Below are positions 21,944 to 35,300 of a stretch of 64,000 nt of DNA, piece by piece. Under the pieces are notes generated by a model. It searched no databases and was not told the origin of the DNA. It worked only from the letters and a program-made list of their open reading frames with translations. The position numbers were made by a program, and so were the translations under genes. Every line of letters begins with the position of its first letter. Position 1 is the first letter of the stretch. This DNA comes from Callorhinchus milii. Taxonomy: Eukaryota. The DNA is taken from positions 14,012,001 to 14,076,000 of the forward strand of contig NW_024704754.1 in NCBI RefSeq assembly GCF_018977255.1, given 5' to 3'.

Positions 21944-24740
21944 GTTTAATAAAACAGCTTATTCTTCATATTTTACTCCGATGGAAATGGCTTGATTTGT
22001 TGCTGGTACCAATGAAGCGCAAATGTTACTGCTCATAGCTTTTAATTCCAACGATGATGATAGAAAGAAAAACTTTGCTTCTTTCAAGCTTCTGTAATGC
22101 CAAACCACACTTCTCAGATATTACTGTCACATTCAGACTTGAAAAGAGACATCTCAGTGGGGATCTTATAAATGTACTCTATGTAGGATATTTTCCACCA
22201 CATAATAATCAACACTTTCTGGGTGTGAATGAGCCAATGTTGTTTAAAATAGTATACAAGTAACTTGTCACAAAAAAGATATTTTTAAAAAAAGGTAAAT
22301 ATTCAGAAAGAATTTTTAAAAGCATATTAGGGTAAGGAGAAAGCGAAAAGAAATGGGACTCGAAGATCTGGCATGATCTAATAGACAGCAACAACTTGCT
22401 TTTATTAACGGGGGGTTGGTGGTAGTGCGAGTCCCTTTGCTGACCAGCAGAATTTCACCCCACTTAGACACCTATGTGCTAGGGAACTGTAATAGTGATG
22501 CTTGACAAATTGTTCAATTCTTAACAGAAAATCGACTTCAAAATTATAACCTGTGTTCAAGAATTTACCAAAATTCTGAACTCTGAAATGCTATGTTAGC
22601 AGAGTAAATCTAAAGGGTAAAGGGTGGAATTTTACCCCAGGAATGTCTTGCTGCCTCTGAAGCTAAGTTCATAACAATATTTAATTGGAAACAGAAGGAA
22701 AATAATATTAAAGGGTATAGAGAGAGGGCACGGAACGGGATTAGAGAGTTAGCTCCAGTGGGGAAACTGGCCACAGAATAGACATGATTGGATAACATCA
22801 GGGAATGGGATTAGAGAGATAGCTCCAGTGGGGGAGGCAGGACCGCAGGAGAGATGATGAACAGAATGACCTACGGTGAGGTAACCGTTCCATGTCTCTA
22901 TGGCTAACGTGTCACAGAGACATGGAACATCGCACACAAAGGTACTGAATGTGAACAGCTATGAAAGGAGGTGAAAAATCAAAGTGATTTGAAACTGAAG
23001 TGTTGCCATTTAAAAAGCACTTTAATCAGGTAAATTGTTTCCGCTTTAATATATTGACAATAATTCTCAGTGTCTATATTGTATGATTAAATATATAACA
23101 GCTCTCAACATTAAATATAAGTTTTACATCCAGATCATCATCCTATTTTCAATGGTGTTATTAATTTAGTTTCCCCTCTACTTTGTGATTCAGCCAATTT
23201 TTTTTCTATTTCAAAGTAAAGTGGAGTTTTTTTCCTGGTTATCCTGATTTTTATTCATCCAAACTTTTGGCACATTTAAACTAATTGCCTGTCGCTCTTC
23301 ACCTACAAGTATCCAGTTCCTCTAATTTACAGTAAATTGTGCGATGCTCTTTGGGCATTGGGACATCCTCCCAATGTGAAAGGTGCTATGCAAATGTAGT
23401 TTGTTGTTTCATTGCTTTGATGCTGTGCTGTAACAAATGCAAGGATTGTTATCTTGTTGTTTATGGGATGTTTTTGATGCAAATTAGCTGCCACTTTTGC
23501 CTATGTGACAACTTTCATTTTCATTTCTAATGAATTATATTTTTGAGAAATGTTATTTTTTGTAAAACGTACTGTACATTTAAATAAATACAAATTATTG
23601 TTGTTATAAACTTCAGATCTGTGTGGTACTATCCATTGTTCAGAGTCTAGCAGTATATATTTAACGTAAAAGCCAGTATTGGGATATTTGCTAACTCTTA
23701 ACCCCTTAGACACATGCACAGTGGGTTAAGGTGCACATGAAACAGATTACACAGTCTCAGGAAACTTGGGGGAATTGTTGGATGATGTAGGAGGCCTGGA
23801 GGGCTGGACAATTAACAGCAAAAAGAACTCTTCCTAGGCATGGCTGCTGAGGCAACAGACAGAATTTGAGGCTGATAATAATCACAAGATTGCTTCCATT
23901 GAAGAAGGCCCTTCCAAATTAGCTTGGATTGGATCCCATCAGAATACCAAATTTACATCATCAAGTTGTTTCTTAAATGAATCCAGTGTACTGATCTTTA
24001 CTATCCAGATATGAATTACCTCTGTGTAAATAAGTAATTCCTGTTGTTCACTTGTTTGTCTTGAGCCTTTAAAAATCCCTTTAAATATAACAATTAAATC
24101 ACAGATTAAACACCTTTTAAGAAAATTGCCACCTGACATGCCACCAGCTGCCACTTATACTTAGCCAGATGTTCAGAAAGTAAGATGATCCAGCAGATCT
24201 GAAATTACACTTATCCTAGAGTAAATAAGTCCCAATATGGATAATTCAAACAGAGAGTCATCTCTGATAGCCTGAGAGAACTACACCCATGTGAATAACT
24301 TCCCAAGTCTACACAGATCAGGATTATCATGAGAAGAATTGAGGGAATTTTAGAAGAAATGTTTTTCACACAGAGATTTGCTTCCATTGAAGAAGGCCCT
24401 GCATCCCATTAGATCTCGTCAGAATACCAATTTTATAGCATCAACTTGTTTCTTAAATGAATCCAGTGTCCTGTTCTTTACCACCCAGATATTAATTACC
24501 TTTGTGTAAAGAAATAAGTCTTGGTGTCTGTTCTAAACTCTCACCCTAACCCTGTGCTCTCTTATTCTACTGTCTTGGTGTATCCGGGTTACTGTCTGAA
24601 AGCATGATATGTGCAGCATTCAATCCTGTGTGTGGTTCTAAAGGTAAAATTGTCCCTCCAGATAAAGGACCTATAGAACCAGAACTTACAATTGATGTGT
24701 ATCAACATGGAAACCCTCAGAACCTTCAACAGAACGTTCA

Positions 24741-25096
24741 TAATAATAATCCTTGCATTTGATATAGCGCCTTATCACGTCTTCGAGCGCTTCACAGAAT
24801 ATGCTGTAGAGTGAATTGACTGCATATTTTGTGGGCAAAACGTGGCAGCCAATTGCGCATAGCAGTGTCCTACAAACTGTCGTGGATTGAGCAACCAATA
24901 TATTATTTTTTTTAAGGAATTATTACCCCTGGAAAAGCGATCTGCCAATCGATTAACAACCAGGTTCCTAATTACTGCTAGGTTAACAGAGGCACATGAA
25001 GTAAGGAAACTTGCCCAAAGTTTCGCCCTGCTGGGAATCGAACCCAGGTCTCTCGCATGTGAGGCGAGTGCTCTAACCACTGAGCTACAAGACTCC
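24741..25096 (-). mobile_element. Full-length tRNA-derived SINE
   Basis: Head with A box (TAGCTCAGTGG) and B box (GGTTCGATTCC), and tail ..gcgctatatcaaatgcaagg(ATT)n. Confidence 0.88.
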
Positions 25097-25748
25097 ACTT
25101 TGTGTATAGAAACTAGATGTACTTCTTCTACTGGACTTTCAGTCATCTTTCTCCTTCAGATTCCACCCCAATTTGGGAGCCCAGTCAGCATTGTCATGTG
25201 CTTTGAGAAGTCATCCCAACGTGAAAGGTGCTATATAAATGTAAATTGCATTGATTCGAGGTCAGAGTGGAGTTTCCGCTAGTTGGATGATGCAATCTTA
25301 GTTTCCGTATTAAGGAATTCTGTTATAAATCATCATGAATCACAACTTCATACATTTCAGGTAGGGGAGTAATATTAAGGAAAACAATAAGAGAATGGGA
25401 CAGTTCTGCACTTTTAATGATTTGCTTTCTATCTCCCCAAGTAAATGTCCCTTAGTCCTCATAGCCAGTCTGTCATCTTCATCTTCCAACTTTCTTTACC
25501 CATTAGTGTAGGCTTAGAAAGTTAACATGATTTACTGTGTGTGACAGCTGTCTGATGGATTATCCCCATAATTTAATCCCTTGGGTAAATGTAGAAACAT
25601 GCAGCTAATTTAAGATCCCTTAATTCTCTCCCTCTCTGCAGATAGGCTGGTTCGTGGGTGCAGCAACCGGACATTAAGGCACAGAAATTAGTGGTATCGC
25701 AACCTCCTTCATCCTGTAGAATGTAGCGAGATCCCTGAAGGTGCTAAA

Positions 25749-28700
25749 ATGGGAGATGATCACAAGGTAAGTTTAGACTCACGGGACTACTCCTTTATTG
25801 GTGATAGTAATTGTAGAATAATAGATTAGCTCATCGTGCGAGGGTTGTTTAGACTTGGGCGGCTTATTGCAATTGATTTTGAGGCTTTTTAAACACCCAG
25901 AACATTGAGCACAGTCATGCTGTTGTAATATTATTATTATTATATATTCTGTTATTACAAGTGCTCTGAGACGCAGCTCAGCCCGAAGGGCACTATATAA
26001 ATGCAAGTTGTTGTTATTTTCCGCACACATCTGTTTCAGGTGACAAGTCCAAAAGTTAGGTACAGAAAAAAAGGTTCAATTTCTAATTTATCAGCATTGT
26101 GTTCACCTCACACAGGAACACACTGCAGAGAAGCGTTTACAGGGCTTCAGATGATTATAACTGTATGGAGACAAAAGTGGGATTGAATATAAATGTAAAA
26201 ACCCAGACTAGACTTCCCATTTGGTGTTGGAAAGTGGAGATCCACTATTCTCTATTCAAATTTTGAATTTTATTGATCGGGTGCTTTTGCATTGAATTCC
26301 TTTTCTGTGAGTTAGATGCTCTGCGAGCAGTTCAATTGGTGCTCACGGAAAGCAGATTTTTAAGTTCGCTTTCGTCTATTTGCAGAACGGAAGTGTAAGC
26401 TTTACAAGGGAACCTCCTTTTGAAGTATTCTTTCCAAGATGTGATCTTTGTTGCAAAGGGTTTTCATATAAGAGCTAAATCTTTCTGAAACCTCGAGCCA
26501 CATTTCTAGGATAGGACGCGGCGAGTTAAGCATTCACTAATATAATTCGTCAGGCCCTACTTCATTCCTGTTAATTATCAAAGGACTTTGTTAGCTCATG
26601 GCCCTGTGTTCAGTTTACCAGTTAAGGGTGAGAGTTTCCTGCTTGCAATGTTTTGCCCTCTTTCAAGTCACTCCACACTGCATAGGAGATAACAAAATAT
26701 ACAGTCAATTCACTTCACAGAATATTCTGTGAAGCGCTTTGAGACGTCTCAAATGACATGATAGGTCACTATAGCAAATGCAAGGATTATTATTATTATT
26801 TTCCCAAATGGAGAGTTTGTGCAATATCTCAGACAATGGTTATAGATCGTGGCTTGTATTCATTTGGTTGATTAACTAGAACCTGCACCAGGTGGATGAG
26901 GCTGGACTGTTGGTTCTCAGGGCCTACAATGTCCAGTGTTCTTGAGAAAACAAAATGTGCTTGTTTAATAATAATCGTGCATTTTTACCTGGAATATCAA
27001 AACATCTCAAACTGCTCATGGGGAATTGATGCCATGTGCAGTGGCTGTGCATTTGTAGGCAAAGCAACAGCCAATTTGTCACAGCAAGAGCCCATGAACA
27101 GCCAATTAATTTACCTGAATGATTCTTGGCTAGAACCAGGGAGAAATTCCTTGTTTTGAATAATGCCATGGGATCCTTAACATCCACCTGAGCAGGTAGA
27201 CAAGACGATGGTTTAATGTCTATCTGAAGGACAGGGCCTTGTAAATGCTGTGCTCCCACATCACTGCACTGGAATAGCATCAGCTTCTAACTGCTACCCC
27301 AGCTATGACCAGCTATCTCAGACAAGCCAGGGTTTGAATAGAAATTATTTAACAGATTTCCTGATACTTCATATTAGGTTCCCACATTCCTTATTGTTGG
27401 GGATAACAGTGGTTTAGCCCAGTGCCTTTAATCATGGATAATCTCAATGCTGGGCTGGAAAACTCTATCTTGCTAGGCAGTTTCCAGCTTTGGTTAGACA
27501 GAAAATTAACCTCTTGTCCAGACTGCTACGACCAACAGTGATGTGTTTGTCTGAGGCCTTGTTTCTTGCTCACTACCTTATACGCTGAATTCTTTATCAC
27601 GTGTCCAGTGACTGCTCTTCCCCCTTCTCTCAATAACTCCTCAGTTATGGCAAGGGAGCATTTTGAATCCTTTCTGAGATCATTTGTCTGGTCAGGTGAT
27701 GACCTTTAATCAAATGAAAGGTTTATTTCAGCAATGTAAACAAAGAAAGGCGACACCCAACAAGAAGGTACACATAAAGGACGTCTTCAGCGATGTATCT
27801 GAGCTGTTCTCTGATCGGTCAATTCATTTTACTTTTTTATTCTGTGAATAACATTTTTTTTTAGTCTGTAAAGGGCTGTGGGACATCTCGAAGACGTGAT
27901 AAGGCACTATATCAAATGCAAGGATTATTATTATTATTGACCTCCTGAAATGTGATCACACAAACTCAACCTCAGAGTTCCAAGACTAACAGAGAGGAAG
28001 TAGCAGATTGCCGGGTCAGAAATGATAATAACAGTCATGGTATTGTAGAGAATAAGATCAACTTTGATTTAACACAATTCCAGGTTTCTTTCCACTTTCT
28101 CTACAGAAGATTTTTGGCTTTTGCTGGATCTCTGCACCAAGGCATTAGCAGGTGTCTGTTGAGCAGTCCAAGTGAAAGCCTACAGAGATTCCATTAGTGT
28201 AATGGGGCAATAAAACCTGATTTCTCCTCATCTCCACAAACACCCGTTTCAGTAGCAGTTGCTGGAAAGTGATCAGAAGGGGGACTTCCTGGCTGATTTT
28301 CTGTTAGAACTTGGAGCTAATCTAGTTTATGCTGACACTACAATGTTGTGCTGGGGTGTGCAATATTGTTTGATGCAGTGTCCTCCAAATGAGATCTTAA
28401 ACTAAGGTCCTGGGATGTTTGCCTTGTTCAGGTGGATCCCATGGCTCTGTTCAAAAAGAGAAGGGAGTTTCTCTCTGCATTCTGGCCAACAATCCCTCAA
28501 ATGAAATTGATCAATCACTTCATTGCTGTTTGTGGAAAATTGCTGTGCCCAAATTGGCTGTCGTGTTCACTCACAGAATAGTCAGTCCACCTTACAATAT
28601 ACAATATTCCCTATGAAGCACTTCGAGACATTCTCCTGTCATAAAAGGTGCTATATCAAATGTAAGGATTATTATTATTATTATAGACTAACACTCCGAT

Positions 28701-29342
28701 ACAGAGCTGAAGGAGCACTGCACTGTTGGACTTGTCCTTTGGATGAGGCTTTAAACCAGTGTTATCTGCCTGTTCATTAAAGATGGGCATTAAAGATCTC
28801 ATTATACTACAACATGAACCCCCTTGATCCAGATAGATATAAACACACACAGCGATTCTCAGCTAAAACAACACACGGGTTTAACTTCTCCAGGGAGGAA
28901 CCCACAACAACAACTGCAACACAATAAGGTAACCGCGAAGGAAGAGTTCAGGCAACTGGGTTCAAGGTTGGTGCCTGCAACCTGTCTTACCATCATGTGA
29001 CTCGCAATCCCCCACTCTAAACCTTAACCAACTTCAGACCAGCCACATGGCCTGGATCTCATATTCCCTGGGCCTCGACCGAGGCCTTCTCAGAGCCGAG
29101 CACTTACACACACACACACAGAGTGATGGTAACCTCTTTAGGAAGGCACAGGCTCTGCTCTTCGAGCCTCAATTTCTCAACTGTCCCTTTCGCTTCCCTC
29201 TCTGTCTCTCTCATCCTCTCACTTTTATTCTCTCTCATACTCTCTCTGATTCATTCTCTCACTCTCTTTGTCTCTCTCTCACTCACTCACTCTCAACCTC
29301 TCACCCTCACTCTTGCTCTCCCTCATTCTCTCTCTCTCTCTA

Positions 29343-29382
<40 letters not shown>

Positions 29383-32300
29383 GGGTTTGCTGTCTGTCCT
29401 ACAAAAATTGAAAGGTTCTCAAGAGCAGGAGTTGCGGATCCTCCTTCTTGGACTAGATAATGCGGGGAAAACGACACTGCTAAAACAATTAGCCTCAGAA
29501 GACATCAACACCATTACACCAACCCAGGTAAGAGAAAGGATGATGAAGAGAAAGAGTACAAGAGGAAGAGGGAGAATGAAAGAAACAGGGAAAAATAGAA
29601 TAGAATGAGTTTAATAATATTGTGGGCACTTTGGTAAGCACAGGAGCTGGTTAGGAAGTGACAGGTACCTATTGGAATTGACTCTGTCTGTCAAACCTGT
29701 GCATTACAGAGAAGCTTCATACTTACCAGTAGTCTGCTTTACTGCACCAAAGGCAAAGGGTACATGCCCAAAGGAGGCTTGAAATTTCACATAGCCTTGA
29801 CTTAGCCTGTGGTTGGTATTTTGTCTTAGCAGTTACGTTTGTGTAGCTCTGTAGAAAATCACTCAAGAGGACCCAGGTTCAATTCTGGGGGTTGGGGGAG
29901 AAATCTTAGGCAAGTTTCCTTACTCCTCACATCTCTATTTTCCTAGCAGTAAGTAGGAAACCAGTTGTTAGTCTCTTTCTGGAGATAATAATTCCTTTTA
30001 CAAAAAAATAATGTGGTCACGACTGCTTGTGAGACACTGGTGCATGCACTTGGCTGCCACATTTCGGCCACAAAATATACAGTCGATCTACTTTACAATA
30101 TATTCTGTGAAACACTTTGAGACGTCTCAACTACGTGATAAGGCGCTATATCAAACGCAAGGATTATTATTATTATTATTGCCCTAGCCTCAACCATGCT
30201 TTCTTGTAATCTGTTCAATCTGACTCTTCTGTTTATAAGGATATATTTTATGATGTATGTCCTAAAATAGACATTCACAACATGAAAGGGATGTCTCACA
30301 GAGAACCCCGTAGAGATATATAAAATATTAAATTACATAGAGAAGGTAAACCCAAAACAATAACATCAGTAGGACTGATTTGTCTATCTAATATTATTGT
30401 TTTGGGTTTACCCTCTCTCTGATATTTAATATTTTATATACCTCTATGAGGTTCTCTGTGAAACATCCCTTTTGAAGGCTGAAGAGCCCCATCTTATCCA
30501 ACCATTCTATCTATTTTATCTTTCCTACACTGAAGACAACAACAACAACAACAAGATTTCATTTATAGAGCGCCTTTCACGTTGGGAGGACATCCCAAGG
30601 CGCTGGACAGTTGGGTCGGGACCCGAGCAAAGGGGAAATGGTCAGGGTGAGGGGAGGGAAGGGAGGGAGCGAGGAGGAGGTAGAGAGTCAAGAGGGGAGC
30701 TGAAGGCACGGTCAAAGAGAAAGGTCTTGAGACCGGCCTTGAAGGAGGAAAGGGAGGAAGCGTCGAAGGCACTGGGGGATAGAGTTCCAGAGCCTCGGGG
30801 CTGAGAGGCTGAAGGCCCGGCCACCGATGGTAGGGCGGTTGGGGCGGGGGATGTGGAGCAGACCAGAGCCAGAGGAACGGAGGGTACGGGCAGGTAGATA
30901 GGGGATAGTAGGTCGGAGAGGTAGGAGGGAGCAAGGCTGTGAATGGCCTTGTAGGTGAGGATGAGGATCTTGAATTCGATCCTCTGGGGGATGGGGAGCC
31001 AGTGGAGGCGAGCGAGGGCGGGAGTGATGTGGTCGCGGTATCTGGTGCGGGACAGTACACGAGCTGCAGAGTTCTGAATGACCTGCAGTGTGGAGGGAAG
31101 TGCCGGGAAGGCCGATGAGGAGAGAGTTCCCATAGTCCAGCCTTGAGGTGATAAAGGCGCGGACCAGAGTTTCAGCCGCGTGAGGGGTGAGGTAGTGCCA
31201 TTGTCTGGCGATGTTCCGGAGTTGGTGGAAGGCGGTGCCAGTTGTGGTGCGGATGTGGAGAAGAAAGGACAGCTCAGGGTCGAACAGAACACCGAGGTTC
31301 CTGACCGGCTTTGAGAGGTGGAGAGTGCAGCCTTGGATGCTGATGGTGTCAGCGCCTGAGGTGCGGAGGCGCTGACGTGAGCCAATCAGGAGGGCCTCAG
31401 TTTTGCGCACGTTGAGCTGAAGAAAGTTGTCTCTCGTCCAGGACTCGATGTCGGACAGGCAGCTGTCAGGACATCGGTGGTCGTGGAGTTGAGGGTAGAG
31501 GAGGAAAGGTAGAGTTGTGTGTCAACCGCATACATGTGGAAGTTAACCCCATGTCTGCGGATGATGTCACCACAGGGGGAGCATATAGAGGGTGAAGAGG
31601 AGGGGACCGGGGACAGAGGGACACCGCACGAGACAGTGCGGGGGCTGAGAAAAAGCCGTTTGTGGAAACAAAGTGAAGACGGTGGGAGAGGTAGGACCTA
31701 AACCACTCAAGGACAGGGCCTTGAAGGTTGAGGTGGGAGGACAAGCGGTGGAGGAGGATAGAGTGGTCGACCGTATCGAATGCGGCCGATAGGTCGAGGA
31801 GGACGAGGAGGCAGAGGGAGCCCAGTGTGAAAGGGATGAAAAGGCATTACACATTGTCTCCTCTGATCTCTATGCCCTGATCTCTATGCCTCTGTATTGC
31901 CCTTCAGGCCTGGGTGCCCACCTTACATTATGGTGACTGTTTACATTAAGATGCCATTCTTTCTTTTTTATCCTTCAGGGCTTCAACATCAAAAGTGTTC
32001 AAGCCCATGGTCTGAAACTCAACGTCTGGGACATTGGAGGGCAGAGGAAAATCCGCCAGTATTGGAGGAACTACTTTGAGAGCACAAATTTACTGGTGAC
32101 ATCTCATTGATCTGATAGCATCTCTGTTAAAGAAACTGATTGTTCATAAGCTGACATTAAATGACACTAAATCTCTCGGGGGGTGGGGTAGAGGTTGCTC
32201 TAGAATCAGAGGAGGCAGCAAAAGTCCTCCAAAGAGAGCTTGAGAGGTTAAACACCACAAACTGATAACTGATAGATGAAGTTTAATACTGAAAAATGCA

Positions 32301-35300
32301 ACATATTATATATACAAACCAAGATAGGAAACACAAATACTCCATAGATGGGATTGAATTTGACAAGGGGGAAGCTAAAAGAGATCTAGGGGAGTTAGTT
32401 GATTCACTTTACAGTATATTCTGTGAAGTGCTTTGAGACGTCTCGAATATGTGATAAGGTGCTATGTCAAATGCAAGGATTATTATTTTATTTTATTATT
32501 TTTGATTCATCACGCACTATATGAACACAGAGTGAGGCAGCACTAAACAAAGCAAACAGGCAGCAATAAACAAAGCTGGGCTGTATTAATAAATCAATTG
32601 AGTTTAAATTCTCAGACATTGTATTCAGGCTGTTCAGTACTCTGGTGAGACCGCACCTTGAATATTGCATGCAGTTCTGGTCACCCACGGCATCAGGGAG
32701 CTGCCTAGGCCCTAGAGGCAGTGCAGAAGATGATCCCAATGTTAGAGGAATGAGCTGTGGGCATCAATTGGACAAGCTAGGGCTCTTCAGTCTTGGGAAA
32801 AGAAAGCTCAGAGGTGGCCTCACCTCATAGAGGTGTACAAAATTTCAAATGGGATTGAGAAAGTAAACCAGATCAATATCTTAGAATATATCAAGAGTGC
32901 AGAACAAGAATATGTAGGTTTAGAGTTGCCCAGGGCAATTTCAGGACAGAAAGCAGGAAGTTTTCCTTTACGGGGAGGATAATCAATGATTGGAACAGTT
33001 ACCAGGAAAGGTGGACATGAGACGCATTTTAAAAATCAGCTTGATGCAGTGATGGAGGAGTGTCAGGACGGGTGTTCTGAAGGGATGAGATCAGATGAGG
33101 CTCTTCATCCAGACCCACCTTGTGACTGTGTGCTGTGCGCTGACACTGGTGGCAGAAATGGGAATATTTCCCACCATTAGAAACATTCCCACTAATAAAC
33201 AAATTTACTTAAAAAAAATGAATCGCTCATAATTTTCAATTTTTTTCTGCTCCATCACAGATTTATGTCATAGACAGCGCAGACAAGAAGCGATTCGAAG
33301 AAACAGGACAGGTAAAAGAGCTCCCATTAGCGTACAGAACCTTATCTCCCACTTGTGTGTGTTAGCCTGGCGGAGTGGTAGCACTCTCGCCTCTGAGTCA
33401 GAAGATCGTGGGTTCATATTCTACATCGGGACTTCGAATCACACAGTCTAAGTTGACATTCCATTGCAGCGTTGGGGGTATGTTGCATTGTCAGAGGTGC
33501 CGTCCTTCAGATGAGATGTTAAACCGGGGTCCCATCTGCCTGTTCAGGTGGACATTAAAGATCCCACTGCACTATTCGAAAAGAGAAGGGAGTTTCTCCC
33601 AGTGTCCTGGCCAACAATTCCCCAAATAAAATTGGTCATTCACTCCATGACTGTTTGTAGAACACTGTTTTGCGCAACTGGCTTCCTTTGAGACGTCTCA
33701 ATGATGTGATAAGGAGCTATATCAAATGCAAGGATTATTTGTTATTATTCTGAAAAGATCTCCTCAGCTGTGCAGTGATGCTGTGAGAGATACTAATATA
33801 CAGAGCTGTGTGGTGCTGGTCTCTCTGGTGGAGCTGTACAGAGCCCTGTGGTATTGGTCCCTCTGGTGGTGCTGTCTAGAGCCCTGTGGTGTTGGCCTCT
33901 CTGGTGCTGTAGTATTGGACCCCCACAGTCGATTACACTGCCAACAGTCACCATAAAGCCTCACACATAAACAATGCCAAGATACACAGCAACAGAGAGG
34001 AACCTGGATTGTCAGCACATTTCGGAGAATAGTGGAGTGTAATACAATCTGGTTTTACTTACTTTGAATGCTAATGTAAAACACTTTGAGACATCTCAAC
34101 GACGTGATAAGTCGCTATATCAAATATCTATCTCGGTGGGGGTAGGGGGAGAGAAAGAGGGTGTGCATTATCTCAGAGCCATGTAAACAAGCAATCCGGG
34201 ACACTACCCCACGTGAAGGGCACTATATAAATGCAAGCTGTTGTTGTAATGCATGTCATTTTATGAGTTACTTTAAGTGAAAGCCTTGTGTGCAGTGATG
34301 AGACTGGACTGTTACCTCTTGGTTCTCAGGAGCTGGCTGAACTGATAGAGGAGGAGAAGCTGATCGGAGTGCCAGTCCTCATCTTTGCCAACAAGCAGGA
34401 CCTGCTCACAGCAGCTCCTGCGGCAGATATTGCAGAGGGGCTGAACCTACACACATACCGCGACAGAGTCTGGCAAATCCAGGCCTGCTCCGCACTGTCT
34501 GGAGAGGGGGTGCAGGTAAAGAGCTCGTTAACCCTCTCATTTCCATTCTTCACTTGTGCCAGAGTTGTGCCATTTATCTGGTATGATGTGTGCATTTTCT
34601 CCCCAGAGGGAATACATCCTGATAACATGATCCCAAAAAGTGTAAGTACAAGGTGGCAAGAACCAAAGCTTGACAGAGATACTGCTGGAGCTTAAACAGT
34701 ATTGCTGGGTTAATAAAAATAAACCTTACATTTAGTGTAGTATATTATTGCACCTTTCACATTGGGAGGATGTCCCCAAGCGCTTCACAGGATATACTGT
34801 AAAGTGAAGTGACTGTGTGCTTTGTAGGTGACTGTTGTTTTAATGAACATAGTCTAGGATTACACTCCAGTACTGTACAGTGATGGGGAGTGCTGCATTA
34901 CTGGAGGTGCTATCCTTCAAATTAAATGTTAAATCAGGGTTTTATTTTATAGCTGCTTGCGGGATTTGAACTCACTTAGTCTAAGTTGACAGTCCAATAC
35001 AGTCCTGGGATATGATGCATTGTCAGAAGTGCCGTCCTTCAGATGAGACGTTAAAACCGAGGTCTAATCTGCCTATTCAGGTGACTTCATTAAAGAACCC
35101 ATGGCATTTTTTGAAAAGTAAAGGAAATTTCTCCTGGAGTCCTGGCAAGAAATCCCCAAATAAAATTGGTCATTGTTTCATAGCTGGGACAAAATATACA
35201 ATCACAACAATTTGCAGTGAAGTACTCTTTTACTTCCATCCTCCTGACATGAAAGGCCCTATATCAAATGCAAGAATTATTAATTATTATTACAGCAGAA

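Noticed and set aside
30642-31410. Long minus-strand ORFs as a host gene or active retrotransposon
   Set aside because: These are frameshifted pieces of a 5'-truncated L2 ORF2.
33790-33920. Short imperfect tandem repeat (also 36370-36440 and 57045-57085)
   Set aside because: Ordinary low-complexity or minisatellite sequence with no further structure.
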